Shown here: one piece after another, positions 1 through 9,733 of the stretch | How the letters are laid out: every line of letters begins with the position of its first letter | Position numbering within the stretch: position 1 is the first letter of the stretch | Origin: Candidatus Blautia equi | Lineage (GTDB): Bacteria > Bacillota > Clostridia > Lachnospirales > Lachnospiraceae | DNA: 39,525 nt | Direction: 5' to 3' | Assembly: GCA_018064695.1 (NCBI GenBank) | Contig: JAGHUU010000077.1 | Span: 1 to 39,525, forward strand | The notes under the pieces: model-generated | Told to the model about the DNA's origin: nothing | Seen by the model: only the letters and a program-made list of their open reading frames with translations | The model's database searches: none | Position numbers and translations under genes: made by a program

Positions 1-100
1 CCGGAGAAAGTGATTCAGGGGTGAGCAGGCATTTTTGCGAAGCAAAACTTTACATATGCCTGCGAAGTTACTGTTTGCTGGCTTGCCAGTGAACAGTAAC
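1..100. repeat. Dispersed structured intergenic repeat, copy 1 (cut by window start)
   Basis: Aligns with 15022-15122 with about 8 differences. Contains GCAGGCAT/ATGCCTGC stem, TTTTGC-GAA-GCAAAA hairpin and terminal GTTACTGTTTGCTGGC-TT-GCCAGTGAACAGTAAC hairpin. Confidence 0.9.
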
Positions 101-106
101 AAAAGA

Positions 107-622
107 TCAGATATCTACTTCAAACTGTACCGTCTGGTTGTAGATATCGAGGGCCATCTGCATTTCCATGATGCTGACGGAAATGCGCTCATACTCCTGT
201 TTGATCAGGTCCAGGTCATAATTGATATAGCGATATTCCGGAACAGCATTTTTTCCACCAAAGGCCGGAAGCGCCTCACGGACCTTTGGGAGCTGTTTGC
301 GCATGTGATCCAGAAGGAGCTTGCGCTTGTTCAGCTGCGCCATGCGGATCAGGATCGTGTCCACGCTCATTTCCTCATTGCCCACCTGCACTCTGGCAGT
401 AGCGTTGGAGAGATTCAGCGCGTGCTTGATCACTGCGATCTTTTTGTCAATTTCCTCAATGGTGGCTGCCACTTCAGCGTAATCATATTCCGGGATGACC
501 GGCTCCTCGTTCAGGGCTGCCACGTAGGTGATGGAAGTGCTCTCCTTGTTCACCCAGAATTCTTTGTCTTCCTCAAGGCTCTTAAGGATTTTATTTGCAT
601 AGGCGGATGTCATTTTTTTCAT
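107..622 (-). CDS. Conserved hypothetical helical/coiled-coil protein (possibly DUF6847/DIP1984-like)
   Basis: 171-aa ORF with GGAGG RBS and heptad-like helices. The C-terminal 'ALDxYNQTVQFEV' resembles this family. Confidence 0.75.
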   Translation of the reverse strand: MKKMTSAYANKILKSLEEDKEFWVNKESTSITYVAALNEEPVIPEYDYAEVAATIEEIDKKIAVIKHALNLSNATARVQVGNEEMSVDTILIRMAQLNKRKLLLDHMRKQLPKVREALPAFGGKNAVPEYRYINYDLDLIKQEYERISVSIMEMQMALDIYNQTVQFEVDI

Positions 623-659
623 GTCTCATGTCCTCCATATTTTCTTAAAAAGTTGATTC

Positions 660-968
660 TCAGGATTCAGTATAACATAAAGATAGAAATACGTCATTCA
701 ACTGCAGGTTAAATAAAGATTTCCAAAAAGAAACATCCCCGTCAATGACGAGGATGTCTTCAATACTGCTGTGCAGTAATCTGCTCAGGATGATAAGGTT
801 GTCGAGACTCGGCAGGGATTTGCCGGAGAGCCATTTGTAGATGGCCTGTGGATTTTCAAAACCCATGACTGTCTGCACATCTCTCACGGTGTAACCGTGC
901 TCTGCGAGCATTTTTTTGATCTGTCTGCCTGTCTCGGTTTGCTGGATTGATAAGTACATTGGTTTCAT
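660..968 (-). CDS. XRE-family helix-turn-helix transcriptional regulator
   Basis: HTH_3-like 'TVRDVQTVMGFENPQAIYKWLSGKSLPSLDNL'. ATG at 968 follows a GGAGGTG RBS. Confidence 0.9.
   Translation of the reverse strand: MKPMYLSIQQTETGRQIKKMLAEHGYTVRDVQTVMGFENPQAIYKWLSGKSLPSLDNLIILSRLLHSSIEDILVIDGDVSFWKSLFNLQLNDVFLSLCYTES
669..697 (-). promoter_or_regulatory. Putative sigmaA promoter for the 107..622 gene, inside the 3' end of the XRE ORF
   Basis: Minus strand ATGACG-17 bp-TATACT with extended -10 (TGTTATACT). Confidence 0.5.
725..758 (-). terminator. Intrinsic terminator-like hairpin inside the XRE coding sequence
   Basis: Minus strand GACATCCTCGTC-ATT-GACGGGGATGTT followed by TCTTTTT. The 12-bp stem has two G-U pairs that only form on the minus-strand RNA. 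Confidence 0.6.
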
Positions 969-1029
969 TCTGCACCTCCGCAATCTTCCGCAATTTCCGG
1001 AACCAAAACTATTTAACTGTCAGAATTTC

Positions 1030-1057
1030 ATTATAACAATTCTATAGAAAAAATCAA
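1030..1057 (-). promoter_or_regulatory. Putative sigmaA promoter for the XRE gene
   Basis: Minus strand TTGATT-16 bp-TATAAT with extended TG. Confidence 0.5.
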
Positions 1058-1099
1058 CAGAAAATATCACTCTGCCCTGCTTCCTGTCCGCCGCTATTC

Positions 1100-1128
1100 T
1101 TTACTAATGATAAACATCATAGTATAAT
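1100..1128 (+). promoter_or_regulatory. Putative sigmaA promoter with a palindromic operator in the spacer
   Basis: TTTACT-17 bp-TATAAT. The spacer contains the inverted repeat ATGAT-AAAC-ATCAT flanked by TACT/AGTA. Confidence 0.55.
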
Positions 1129-1187
1129 CAGAAATATAATCTCATCAGATTTTTTGTGCCTGTGCAAGGTGTAGAAAGGAGAAAAAT

Positions 1188-3389
1188 ATGCCAGCATTAT
1201 ACTGTAAAAACTACGAGATCAGCTTCGCTGACGGCGGAGTCTTTATTCAGAAAGCCGGTAAGACTATATATTTTAATAAAAGACCGGTTTATGTCTCAGT
1301 AAAAACCATCGGTGCCATCAGCATCTTCCGTGATGTGCCGTATGAGACCTGCGAGGAAAATACAGAGGGTGTATCTGCCCAGGCGGCTTTTACCTCAGAA
1401 AACGGTTCCGAGTTCCTGGTTAAAGACCAATATCAGGTACTTGAAGAGGATATAGTAGTAAAAAGAACAGTAGAGGTTCTGAAAAAAGGGGCAAAGGATC
1501 TGGGCTTCCAGACTAAGATCGGCTTCTGGATGAGCGCTTCTGAAAATATGGAAGACTACAACTACTTCTCACCTGGCGAGTGGTATAAACACAACGAATA
1601 TGCTTCTCCTATAGCGCAGGGTCAGCAGAACGATGCCAGCTACTACTGGAGAAAAGAGACCTACTCCGGTCTTCCTATGTTTGCCATGCAGAATATTGCA
1701 TCCGGCGAGACCATCTGTCTTTCCAGAACCAACGCTGACGTAAAACTGGGTTCCGTGGACCGCATTGCCAGCGAAAACTATGTAGATCCCAAAGCAACCA
1801 TCGGCGCCCTGGGTATCAGCCAGCCAAAGCCGGAGGCGCTCCTTTATACCTACTACAACGCGGACATCAGAATGCCGATCAATGCTGAGACCGACGGCCT
1901 GTCCATCGACTACATCTACCCGGGTGCAAACGGCGAGATTCCTGCCCATGCAAAAGGTCCTGTTGAGGGCAAAGTTCCTATGAGTCTGATGCGTGTGAAC
2001 CATCCAATTGAGCCGGGCTTCCCTCATGAATACTCCGTATCCATCTATCTGGGCAATTACGAAACCTTCCAGAGCATGATGAAGGACACCTGGCGCCATG
2101 TCTATGTGCGCATGAAAGACGATCTGGCTGACTTAAGCAATGAGATCCTTTTTCACAACAATATGAAGCTCCTCACAGAGGTAACAAATGAATACGCCCC
2201 GGGCGTTTTCGGCACACCGTTTGCAGCCCAGCTGCCGCAGTTTGATCCGAACTCCACCTCCTCTGAAATCGGCTTTGTAGGCCAGCAGACCGGTATCGGC
2301 TACCAGCTGATCCGCTGGGGAACCATGGAGAATAATGAGGAGGCAGTTCTTAAGGGAAAAGGCATTGTGGATTTCTGGGTTAAGAAGACCATGACCGACA
2401 CAGGCTGTCCTAAGGTCTGGTATCAGATGGCCATGGATCAGTTTGAGCCGCAGCCACAGTGGATCCGCGAGATCGGCGACGGTCTGGAGGGTATTCTGGA
2501 TGCCTATGTTTACCTCCACAACCAGGGCGAAGAACAGCCGGAATGGCTGGATTACTGCGAGAAGACCGCCGACTGGCTGGTACAGAACCAGAACGAGGAC
2601 GGCAGCTATTATCGCTCCTACAACTACGACGGAACCATGTGCATGGATTCCAAAGCCAACACCCCAAGCGTGATCCGTTTCCTCATTGAAATGTATTTCG
2701 TCCTTGGCAAACCTGAGTATAAGACCGCAGCCATCAAAGCCGGCGACTGGACATACGACAATCTCTACCTGAATATGGAATACCGCGGCGGCACCTGCGA
2801 CAACATGGATATTCAGGACAAGGAGGCCGGCATTTACGCCATGTTTGCATTTCTGTCCCTCTATGATCTCACAGAGGAGGATTGCTGGGTGGAAGCCTGC
2901 AAGGGTGCGGCTGACTATGTGGAGACCTTTACTTATATCTGGAACTTCCCTGTAACTACTCCATATCCTGCTATGCCGTTCAACAAAAATCACATCAGCG
3001 GACAGAGCCACATCACCGTAGGTCCCGGAAGTGCAGATGTATATATGGCATGTGGAAGTTATGTATATTACAGACTGTATCTGATTACCGGTGATGAGCA
3101 TTACCTTGACTATGCCGAGTTCATCCACCTGAACTCCAAGCAGGCAAACGATGTGGACGGCAGCTTTGGCTACGCTATTCCGGGTCTGGTGCATGAGAGC
3201 GGTTTCTTCTGCGAGCAGCTCTACCGCGGCAACTACCACTGGCTGCCATGGTGCACCTTTGTGGAAGTAGATCCTGTATCCCGCATGGTGGATACCTTTG
3301 GCGTTTATGAGATCGCCGACGCCGAGAAGCTTCCGCTGGAAGAAAGACTGGAAAGAAATAAGATCTACAAGAACTGGTATCGCAAATAA
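1188..3389 (+). CDS. Uncharacterised 733-aa protein, probable beta-sandwich plus (alpha/alpha)6 six-hairpin glycosidase-like fold
   Basis: Long ORF with AAGGAG RBS and host-like codon usage. The C-terminal half has repeated helical hairpins with 'ADWLVQNQNEDGSY' and many Trp/Tyr/acidic residues. No signal peptide. Confidence 0.7.
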   Translation: MPALYCKNYEISFADGGVFIQKAGKTIYFNKRPVYVSVKTIGAISIFRDVPYETCEENTEGVSAQAAFTSENGSEFLVKDQYQVLEEDIVVKRTVEVLKKGAKDLGFQTKIGFWMSASENMEDYNYFSPGEWYKHNEYASPIAQGQQNDASYYWRKETYSGLPMFAMQNIASGETICLSRTNADVKLGSVDRIASENYVDPKATIGALGISQPKPEALLYTYYNADIRMPINAETDGLSIDYIYPGANGEIPAHAKGPVEGKVPMSLMRVNHPIEPGFPHEYSVSIYLGNYETFQSMMKDTWRHVYVRMKDDLADLSNEILFHNNMKLLTEVTNEYAPGVFGTPFAAQLPQFDPNSTSSEIGFVGQQTGIGYQLIRWGTMENNEEAVLKGKGIVDFWVKKTMTDTGCPKVWYQMAMDQFEPQPQWIREIGDGLEGILDAYVYLHNQGEEQPEWLDYCEKTADWLVQNQNEDGSYYRSYNYDGTMCMDSKANTPSVIRFLIEMYFVLGKPEYKTAAIKAGDWTYDNLYLNMEYRGGTCDNMDIQDKEAGIYAMFAFLSLYDLTEEDCWVEACKGAADYVETFTYIWNFPVTTPYPAMPFNKNHISGQSHITVGPGSADVYMACGSYVYYRLYLITGDEHYLDYAEFIHLNSKQANDVDGSFGYAIPGLVHESGFFCEQLYRGNYHWLPWCTFVEVDPVSRMVDTFGVYEIADAEKLPLEERLERNKIYKNWYRK

Positions 3390-3410
3390 ATTCTGTGAGG
3401 TGACAGACTT

Positions 3411-5195
3411 ATGCTTAGAAGTGAAAAAGCGCGGCAAGCGGCTCCGGAGATGGATCCGCTGCGCATGGGAATGGGCTGGAAGGTTCCTGATCTCTCCAAA
3501 CCGCAGATCATGGTGGAAAGCTCCTACGGCGACAGCCACCCGGGCTCCGCACATCTGAATCTCTTTGTGGAAGAGGCAGTGAAAGGTGTGGATGAAAACG
3601 GCGGAAAAGCTGCCAGATATTATGCCACCGACATGTGCGATGGTATTGCCCAGGGACATGACGGCATCAATTATTCCCTGGCACACCGCGATGCCATTGT
3701 GAACCTCATCGAGGCTCAGGCCAATGCCACTGTCTTTGACGGAGGTGTGTTTATTGCCAGCTGTGACAAATCTCTTCCTGCTATGCTCATGAGCATCGGC
3801 CGCATGAAGGAGATGTCCGCCATTGTGATGACAGGTGGCGTCATGGAGGCCCACTCCCTCCCGGAAAAATATATTGTGAATGACCCAAGCTGTAAGATCA
3901 ACGAGCTCCTGACTCTGGAGCAGATCGGAAAATTTGATGCCATGGAAAAGACCGGCGTCATCCCTAACGAACAGCTGGATTACTATAAACAGCACGCATG
4001 CCCCGGCTGCGGCGCCTGCTCCTTTATGGGAACCGCATCCACCATGCAGATCATGGCCGAGGCCCTGGGACTGATGCTTCCGGGAACCGCCCTCATGCCA
4101 TCTACAGCACCTGAGTTAAAGCAGGCTGCCTTTGATGCCGGCAAACAGCTTATGACCCTTGTGGACAAAGGTATCACCGCTGCCGACATTGTCACCATGA
4201 AGAGCTTTGAGAATGCCATCATGGTACACGCAGCCATCTCCGGCTCCACCAATGCCACCATGCATATCCCGGCCATCGCCCATGAATTTGGTTTTGAGAT
4301 TGATGCCGAGACCTTTGACCGCATGCACCGCGGTGCCCACTACCTGCTGAACATTCGCCCATCCGGCGACTGGCCGGCCCAGTATTTCTACTATGCCGGC
4401 GGCGTACCGCGCGTGATGGAGGAGATCAAGAGCATGCTGCACCTGGATGTTATGACTGTCACAGGAAAGACTCTGGGGGAAAACCTGGAAGACCTGAAAA
4501 AGTCCGGCTTCTACGAGCACTGCGAGAAAATCCTCCGGGAAAAATCCCGCCTGATCGGAAAAGAGATCACCCGGGAGGACATCATCCACTCCTTCGACAA
4601 TGCCAAGGGAACCGACGGCAGCATTGCTATCCTTAAGGGCAACCTGGCACCGGAAGGCTGTGTTATCAAGCATACGGCATGTCCTGCAAACATGTTTAAA
4701 GCCACATTAAATGCAAAACCGTTTGACAGCGAGGAGGCGTGCATCGCCGCCGTGCTCCACGGGGAAGTGAAACCGGGCGACGCCATCTTCATCCGCTATG
4801 AAGGCCCACGCGGCACCGGCATGCCGGAGATGTTCTACACCGGCGAAGCAATCTGCGCTGACCCTGTGCTGGCTTCCAGCATTGCCCTTATCACCGACGG
4901 CCGTTTCTCCGGCGCTTCCCGCGGTCCTGTTATTGGACATGTTTGTCCGGAAGCTGCAGCAGGCGGCCCTATTGCCCTGGTGGAGGAAGGCGACCTCATA
5001 GAACTGGATGTGGAAAAACGTTATATCGCCATCGTGGGCGTGAAAGGGGAAAGAAAAACTCCTGAGGAGATTGATGCCATCCTGGCAGAGAGAAGAGCGA
5101 ACTGGAAAGGCTTTGAGAGCAAATACAAACGCGGTCTTCTGAAACTTTATGCTCAGCATGCGGTAAGTTCCATGAAGGGTGCATATATGGAATGA
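3411..5195 (+). CDS. ilvD: IlvD/Edd-family dehydratase (dihydroxy-acid or sugar-acid dehydratase)
   Basis: Motifs CDGIAQGH, SCDKSLP, GACSFMGTASTM, GSTN, RYEGPRGTGMPEM, TDGRFSGA, GHVCPEA. Substrate is not certain. Confidence 0.9.
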   Translation: MLRSEKARQAAPEMDPLRMGMGWKVPDLSKPQIMVESSYGDSHPGSAHLNLFVEEAVKGVDENGGKAARYYATDMCDGIAQGHDGINYSLAHRDAIVNLIEAQANATVFDGGVFIASCDKSLPAMLMSIGRMKEMSAIVMTGGVMEAHSLPEKYIVNDPSCKINELLTLEQIGKFDAMEKTGVIPNEQLDYYKQHACPGCGACSFMGTASTMQIMAEALGLMLPGTALMPSTAPELKQAAFDAGKQLMTLVDKGITAADIVTMKSFENAIMVHAAISGSTNATMHIPAIAHEFGFEIDAETFDRMHRGAHYLLNIRPSGDWPAQYFYYAGGVPRVMEEIKSMLHLDVMTVTGKTLGENLEDLKKSGFYEHCEKILREKSRLIGKEITREDIIHSFDNAKGTDGSIAILKGNLAPEGCVIKHTACPANMFKATLNAKPFDSEEACIAAVLHGEVKPGDAIFIRYEGPRGTGMPEMFYTGEAICADPVLASSIALITDGRFSGASRGPVIGHVCPEAAAGGPIALVEEGDLIELDVEKRYIAIVGVKGERKTPEEIDAILAERRANWKGFESKYKRGLLKLYAQHAVSSMKGAYME

Positions 5196-5341
5196 TACTT
5201 GATCGGAATAATGGGCATATCCGCAAATATTGCCGTGTATTTCCTTTATATTGCATAGCCTGACTTTTGCAGACACTCTATAATCATAGGCATGAAAAAA
5301 GCACCCGTACAGGTGCTACTACGAATAAGGAGGTTCTCATT

Positions 5342-6457
5342 ATGAGAAAATTAAAACTGTTCCTGACAACCGCTCTCACAGCGCTTGCCCTGGCTGTTCT
5401 TCCTGCATCTGCCCCTGTTATGGCGGAGGAAGCAGAAGTGACTTCTATCAAAGACGCCTTTGCAGAGCACGGCATGAAGGCCGGTACCTGCCTGTCCCCT
5501 TTCATGATCAGCAATCCACAGTTTTCTGATCTGATCGCAGAGCAGTTCAACAGCGTGACCATGGAAAATGCCATGAAACCTGACTATATCTTTGACAAGA
5601 ATGCAAGTATCACCGCCGGATACCCGGTTGTAGAATTCAACCAGGATGCCCTGAACATGATGGAGTGGGCAAAAGAGCATGACTTTGCACTTCGCGGACA
5701 CACTCTTGTATGGTACAGCCAGACTCCTGACTGGATCTTCCATGAGGAGTTCAACAGCGCAAAACCACTGGTAACCGCAGATGTTATGTTAGACCGTATG
5801 GACCACTATATCAGCCAGATCTTCTCCATCCTTGAGGAGAAAGGCTACGCAGATCTCTTCTACGCATACGATATCGTAAACGAGGGTGTTGAAGATAACG
5901 GAAGCCTGCGCGAGTGCCTCTGGAAACAGACCATCGGCGATGACTATATCTGGTACGCATTCTACTATGCAAACAAATATGCACCTGAGAACATCGACCT
6001 TTACTACAACGATTACAATGAGCAGTTTAAATACAACGGCCTGATCAAAATGGTTGAGACTCTGAAGGATGAGGATGGAAATTACCTCATCGACGGTATC
6101 GGTCTTCAGGGACATCTCTATACCAAGGATGATCTGAATACCTACTTCCGTGCTATGGATGCTTTAGCAGCTACCGGCCTGAAGCTTCAGATCACCGAGC
6201 TGGACGTTTCCCTTGGAACCTGGCAGAACATCGACGAGGCTACCGAGGAGACCCTTGGTGCACAGAAAGATTTCTATGAGAAGCTGATCAGCGGCATCAT
6301 GGAGCGCGTGGACAGCGGAAAAGTGGATATGGAAGCACTTACCTTCTGGGGATTTGCAGATTTCCTCTCCTGGAGAGGCGACAGAAGCCCACTTCTTTAT
6401 GATAAAGATCTTGCAGCAAAACCTGCATTTTATGGTGTAATTGAAGGCGCTAAATAA
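5342..6457 (+). CDS. Secreted GH10 endo-1,4-beta-xylanase
   Basis: Signal peptide (MRKLK...VMA-EE). GH10 motifs ENAMKP, RGHTLVW, DIVNE (acid/base), YYNDYN, GIGLQGH, ITELDV (nucleophile). AAGGAGG RBS before ATG 5342. Confidence 0.93.
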   Translation: MRKLKLFLTTALTALALAVLPASAPVMAEEAEVTSIKDAFAEHGMKAGTCLSPFMISNPQFSDLIAEQFNSVTMENAMKPDYIFDKNASITAGYPVVEFNQDALNMMEWAKEHDFALRGHTLVWYSQTPDWIFHEEFNSAKPLVTADVMLDRMDHYISQIFSILEEKGYADLFYAYDIVNEGVEDNGSLRECLWKQTIGDDYIWYAFYYANKYAPENIDLYYNDYNEQFKYNGLIKMVETLKDEDGNYLIDGIGLQGHLYTKDDLNTYFRAMDALAATGLKLQITELDVSLGTWQNIDEATEETLGAQKDFYEKLISGIMERVDSGKVDMEALTFWGFADFLSWRGDRSPLLYDKDLAAKPAFYGVIEGAK

Positions 6458-6467
6458 AATAAAAATA

Positions 6468-6508
6468 ACCCGCCGGGAGCAATGATATGCTCCGGCGGGT
6501 CTTTTTTT
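6468..6508. terminator. Bidirectional intrinsic terminator
   Basis: ACCCGCCGG-GAGCA...TGCTC-CGGCGGGT stem with flanking A- and T-tracts between convergent genes. Confidence 0.85.
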
Positions 6509-6512
6509 ATGT

Positions 6513-7448
6513 TCATTCCAATCCAATACCTTCATCCAGTCCCAGCATGATGTTCATGTTCTGAACGGCTGCGCCGGAAGCACCTTTTCCCAGGTTATCA
6601 AAGAGGGCGGTGACGGTGGTCTGTCCTTCGTGACCGCAGACTGCGATCTCCAGACGGTTGGTGCCTGCAAGGGTGTTTGCGTAGATGGTCGGGCGGGCTG
6701 CTTCATATGGAAGAACTTTTACGAAGTGCTCGTCAGCGTAGTACTCCTGCAGTCTGGTGCAGATCTCTTCAGCGGTAGGCTGGCCGTTTAACAGGCGGTT
6801 CTGCAGCATGATGGTGCTTGCCATTCCTTTGTAATAGTCATCTACAACAGGAAGGAAAACAGGTGCCTGGGTAAGACCGGTCATTTTGGTCATCTCAGGT
6901 ACGTGTTTATGATTCAGGGTGAGACCGTAGATACCAGGTGCGGAGAGCTTCTCAGGTCTGCCTTCTGCCTCGTAGTCAGCGATCATTTTTTTGCCGCCGC
7001 CGGAGTAGCCGGTGAGGGAGAAACAGGTTACCGGGTAGTCGGCCGGAAGAATGCCCATGCGAACCAGTGGTGCGGTAACAGAGATGAGACCGGTTGCGTG
7101 GCAGCCAGGGTTTGCAATGCGTTTGCCGTTACGGATGGCTTCACGCTGCTCTTTGGATAATTCCGGGAAACCGTATACCCAGTTCGGGTTGGTTCTGTGT
7201 GCGGTGGAGGCGTCGATGACGCGAACGTCAGGATTTTCGATGAGCGATACTGCCTCTATAGCGCCTGCATCCGGGAGACACAGAAAGACGATGTCTGCAC
7301 TGTTCAGGAATTTTTTGCGCTCCTCCATGTCATGGCGTTTGTCCTCGTCGATGCGGAGCAGTTCCAGGTCCTCACGGGCACCGATTCTCTCATAGATCTG
7401 AAGTCCGGTGGTTCCGCTCTGACCGTCAATATATACTTTCTTTTTCAT
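6513..7448 (-). CDS. argC: N-acetyl-gamma-glutamyl-phosphate reductase (type 2)
   Basis: IDGQSGTTG, DASTAHR, ANPGCHATG, GYSGGG and DNLGKGASGAAVQNMN motifs. Confidence 0.95.
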   Translation of the reverse strand: MKKKVYIDGQSGTTGLQIYERIGAREDLELLRIDEDKRHDMEERKKFLNSADIVFLCLPDAGAIEAVSLIENPDVRVIDASTAHRTNPNWVYGFPELSKEQREAIRNGKRIANPGCHATGLISVTAPLVRMGILPADYPVTCFSLTGYSGGGKKMIADYEAEGRPEKLSAPGIYGLTLNHKHVPEMTKMTGLTQAPVFLPVVDDYYKGMASTIMLQNRLLNGQPTAEEICTRLQEYYADEHFVKVLPYEAARPTIYANTLAGTNRLEIAVCGHEGQTTVTALFDNLGKGASGAAVQNMNIMLGLDEGIGLE

Positions 7449-7766
7449 ATCCTTGTCCTGCTTTCTGAAAATTCATTTTTATATACTATCACAATTTTCT
7501 TTCAGGTGGAATAGAAGATTTTCCATGTTTCTGCCCGCTTTTTTACAGAATAAAATATTGTTATAATGAAGAGAGAAATAAGTTGTATTGTGTCGATGTT
7601 TGGTATATACCGTAAATGGATGCCCACGCGGTGTGGGTTCCCTGACCTATGCGGTGAAAGCAGATGCCGGGAAAGCATATGAACATGTTTCCTATAAAGA
7701 GATGCTGGAGGGCAGAGCACGTAGTGAAAGCGATAGAGTCATATTTGTAAGAAAGAAGGCAATACT

Positions 7767-8999
7767 ATGAACAGGAATCTCAGAAAAGATGCGGAGTTCA
7801 TTGCCCGGGGAGCCATTGCGGCGGTCAGCCCGGAGGCGGCAGTAAAAAGAGCACTTGCCGGTAAGAAATTCAGTGGGGACCTCTATCTGGTTTCCGTGGG
7901 AAAAGCAGCCTGGAAAATGGCGGAAGTGGCAGTTTCCGCATTGGAGAAGCCGCTTAAGAAGGGCATCGTCGTGACGAAATATGATCATGTGGAGCATCCG
8001 ATCCCCGGTGTGGAATGCTATGAGGCGGGACATCCGGTGCCGGATAAGAATACCTTCCTTGGCACGCAGGCAGTGCTGGATCTGACGGGGAATCTCTGTG
8101 AGGAAGATACGGTGCTGTTTCTTCTTTCCGGAGGCGGCAGTGCCCTGTTTGAAAAGCCCATGGTGAGCGGGGCAGAGCTGCAGGATATCACCGGACAGCT
8201 TCTGGCCAGCGGGGCGGATATTGTGGAGATGAATACGATCCGAAAACGTCTTTCCATGGTGAAGGGAGGAAGATTTGCGAAGTGGTGCGCGCCGGCCCAT
8301 GTGGAGACCATTGTGCTCTCCGATATTCTGGGGGATCCGCTGGATATGATCGCCTCCGGTCCGGCTGCCTCGGATGGATCCACCTGTGAAGATGCCCTTC
8401 GCATAGCGGAAAAATATAAACTGAACCTGAGTGAAAGAGCCAGGGAGCTGCTCCGTCAGGAGACGCCCAAGGCGCTGGATAATGTCACCACACAGATCAT
8501 CGGAAGTGTCCGTGAGCTCTGCCGCGCCGCAGCAGACTATGCCCGGGAGCTGGGCTATGAGCCGATATTACTGACAGACCATCTGGACTGTGAAGCAAGG
8601 GAAGCAGGCGCATTTCTGGCAGATGTTCTCCGCACCCATGCGGAAGACGGAAGAAAGCTTGCCTATCTGGCAGGCGGCGAGACAGTGGTGCACTTAAAAG
8701 GAAAGGGTCTGGGCGGCAGAAACCAGGAGCTGGCACTTGCAGCGGCAGAGGGAATGGCGGGAATCCCGAATGTATGCGTCATCAGCGTGGGCAGCGACGG
8801 AACCGATGGCCCTACAGATGCTGCAGGCGGTTACGCAGACGGAGATACGAAAGCCGAGCTTCAGGCAGCAGGTCTTACACCCGGCGATGTTCTTGCGGAT
8901 AATGATGCGTACCATGGATTAAGGGCAGTGAACGGCCTGATCATAACAGGACCTACGGGAACAAATGTAAATGATGTGGCGATCGCACTGATAGGATAG
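7767..8999 (+). CDS. Glycerate kinase type 2 (MOFRL family)
   Basis: [38 protein letters not shown] and [10 protein letters not shown] motifs. Confidence 0.93.
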   Translation: MNRNLRKDAEFIARGAIAAVSPEAAVKRALAGKKFSGDLYLVSVGKAAWKMAEVAVSALEKPLKKGIVVTKYDHVEHPIPGVECYEAGHPVPDKNTFLGTQAVLDLTGNLCEEDTVLFLLSGGGSALFEKPMVSGAELQDITGQLLASGADIVEMNTIRKRLSMVKGGRFAKWCAPAHVETIVLSDILGDPLDMIASGPAASDGSTCEDALRIAEKYKLNLSERARELLRQETPKALDNVTTQIIGSVRELCRAAADYARELGYEPILLTDHLDCEAREAGAFLADVLRTHAEDGRKLAYLAGGETVVHLKGKGLGGRNQELALAAAEGMAGIPNVCVISVGSDGTDGPTDAAGGYADGDTKAELQAAGLTPGDVLADNDAYHGLRAVNGLIITGPTGTNVNDVAIALIG

Positions 9000-9040
9000 T
9001 TTTATATAGAAATTTACGTAGAGAAATGACGAGGTGTCAG

Positions 9041-9646
9041 ATGAGAGTATTGATGACAGGTTTTGATCCTTTTGGCGGAGAGAAAGTGAATCCGTCTTAC
9101 GAAGCGGTAAAACTTCTGCCGGATCAGATCGGGAATGCTGAGATCATAAAGATAGAGATCCCTACAGAATTTACGGGCTGCAGAAGTGCAGTGGAAGAGG
9201 CGATAGAGAAGTACTGTCCGGATATCGTGATCAACGTGGGTCAGGCCGGCGGCCGCTCCACCATCACTCCGGAAAAAGTGGCAATCAACCTCATGGATGC
9301 CAGGATTCCGGACAATGCAGGAGAACAGCCGGTGGACATGCCGATCCACGAAGATGGGGAAAATGCATATTTTGCTTCTGTTCCGGTGAAAGAAATGGTG
9401 GCTGAAATAAAAGAAAACGGCATTCCGGCCAGTGTGTCCTACACAGCCGGTACATACGTGTGCAACACAGTCATGTACCATGTACAATACCTGATTCATA
9501 AGAAGTACCCAAATATCCGAGCAGGGTTTATCCACGTCCCATTCTGCCCGGAACAGGTTCTGGATAAGCCATCAGGCACACCATCCATGTCGAAAGCAGA
9601 TATAGCCAGAGGGCTGGAGTGTGCAATACGGGCGTGTCTGGTTTGA
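9041..9646 (+). CDS. pcp: Pyroglutamyl-peptidase I
   Basis: [24 protein letters not shown] (catalytic Cys) and GFIHVP motifs. GAGGTG RBS before ATG 9041. Confidence 0.95.
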   Translation: MRVLMTGFDPFGGEKVNPSYEAVKLLPDQIGNAEIIKIEIPTEFTGCRSAVEEAIEKYCPDIVINVGQAGGRSTITPEKVAINLMDARIPDNAGEQPVDMPIHEDGENAYFASVPVKEMVAEIKENGIPASVSYTAGTYVCNTVMYHVQYLIHKKYPNIRAGFIHVPFCPEQVLDKPSGTPSMSKADIARGLECAIRACLV

Positions 9647-9660
9647 TAAAATCTTTTTCA

Positions 9661-9689
9661 TTGAGCTCATTTCCAATTCTTGCTATAAT
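9661..9689 (+). promoter_or_regulatory. Putative sigmaA promoter
   Basis: TTGAGC-17 bp-TATAAT with extended TG. Confidence 0.6.
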
Positions 9690-9733
9690 AGATGGAAATG
9701 AGCTTTGTTTTTGCAATACCGGAGGTAACAGAA

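Noticed and set aside
35-712. 225-aa plus-strand ORF
   Set aside because: It starts inside the repeat element and is antisense to the better-supported 107..622 gene.
2133-3995. 620-aa antisense ORF, and similar long antisense ORFs (10890..12527, 21530..22957, 28465..29469, 30831..31742)
   Set aside because: They are shadows of well-supported genes on the opposite strand. Biased codon usage suppresses antisense stops, and they show no motifs or RBS.
5196-5341. Possible riboswitch in the xylanase leader (GCACC-CGTACA-GGTGC hairpin)
   Set aside because: Only one short hairpin, with no recognisable aptamer consensus or expression platform.
7566-7770. Short frames MKREISCIV... and ...VNGCPRG (7588..7770), faintly like a DUF1667-type Cys protein
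   Set aside because: The pieces are in different frames, the first ATG overlaps a TATAAT box, there is no RBS, and the similarity is too short to support.
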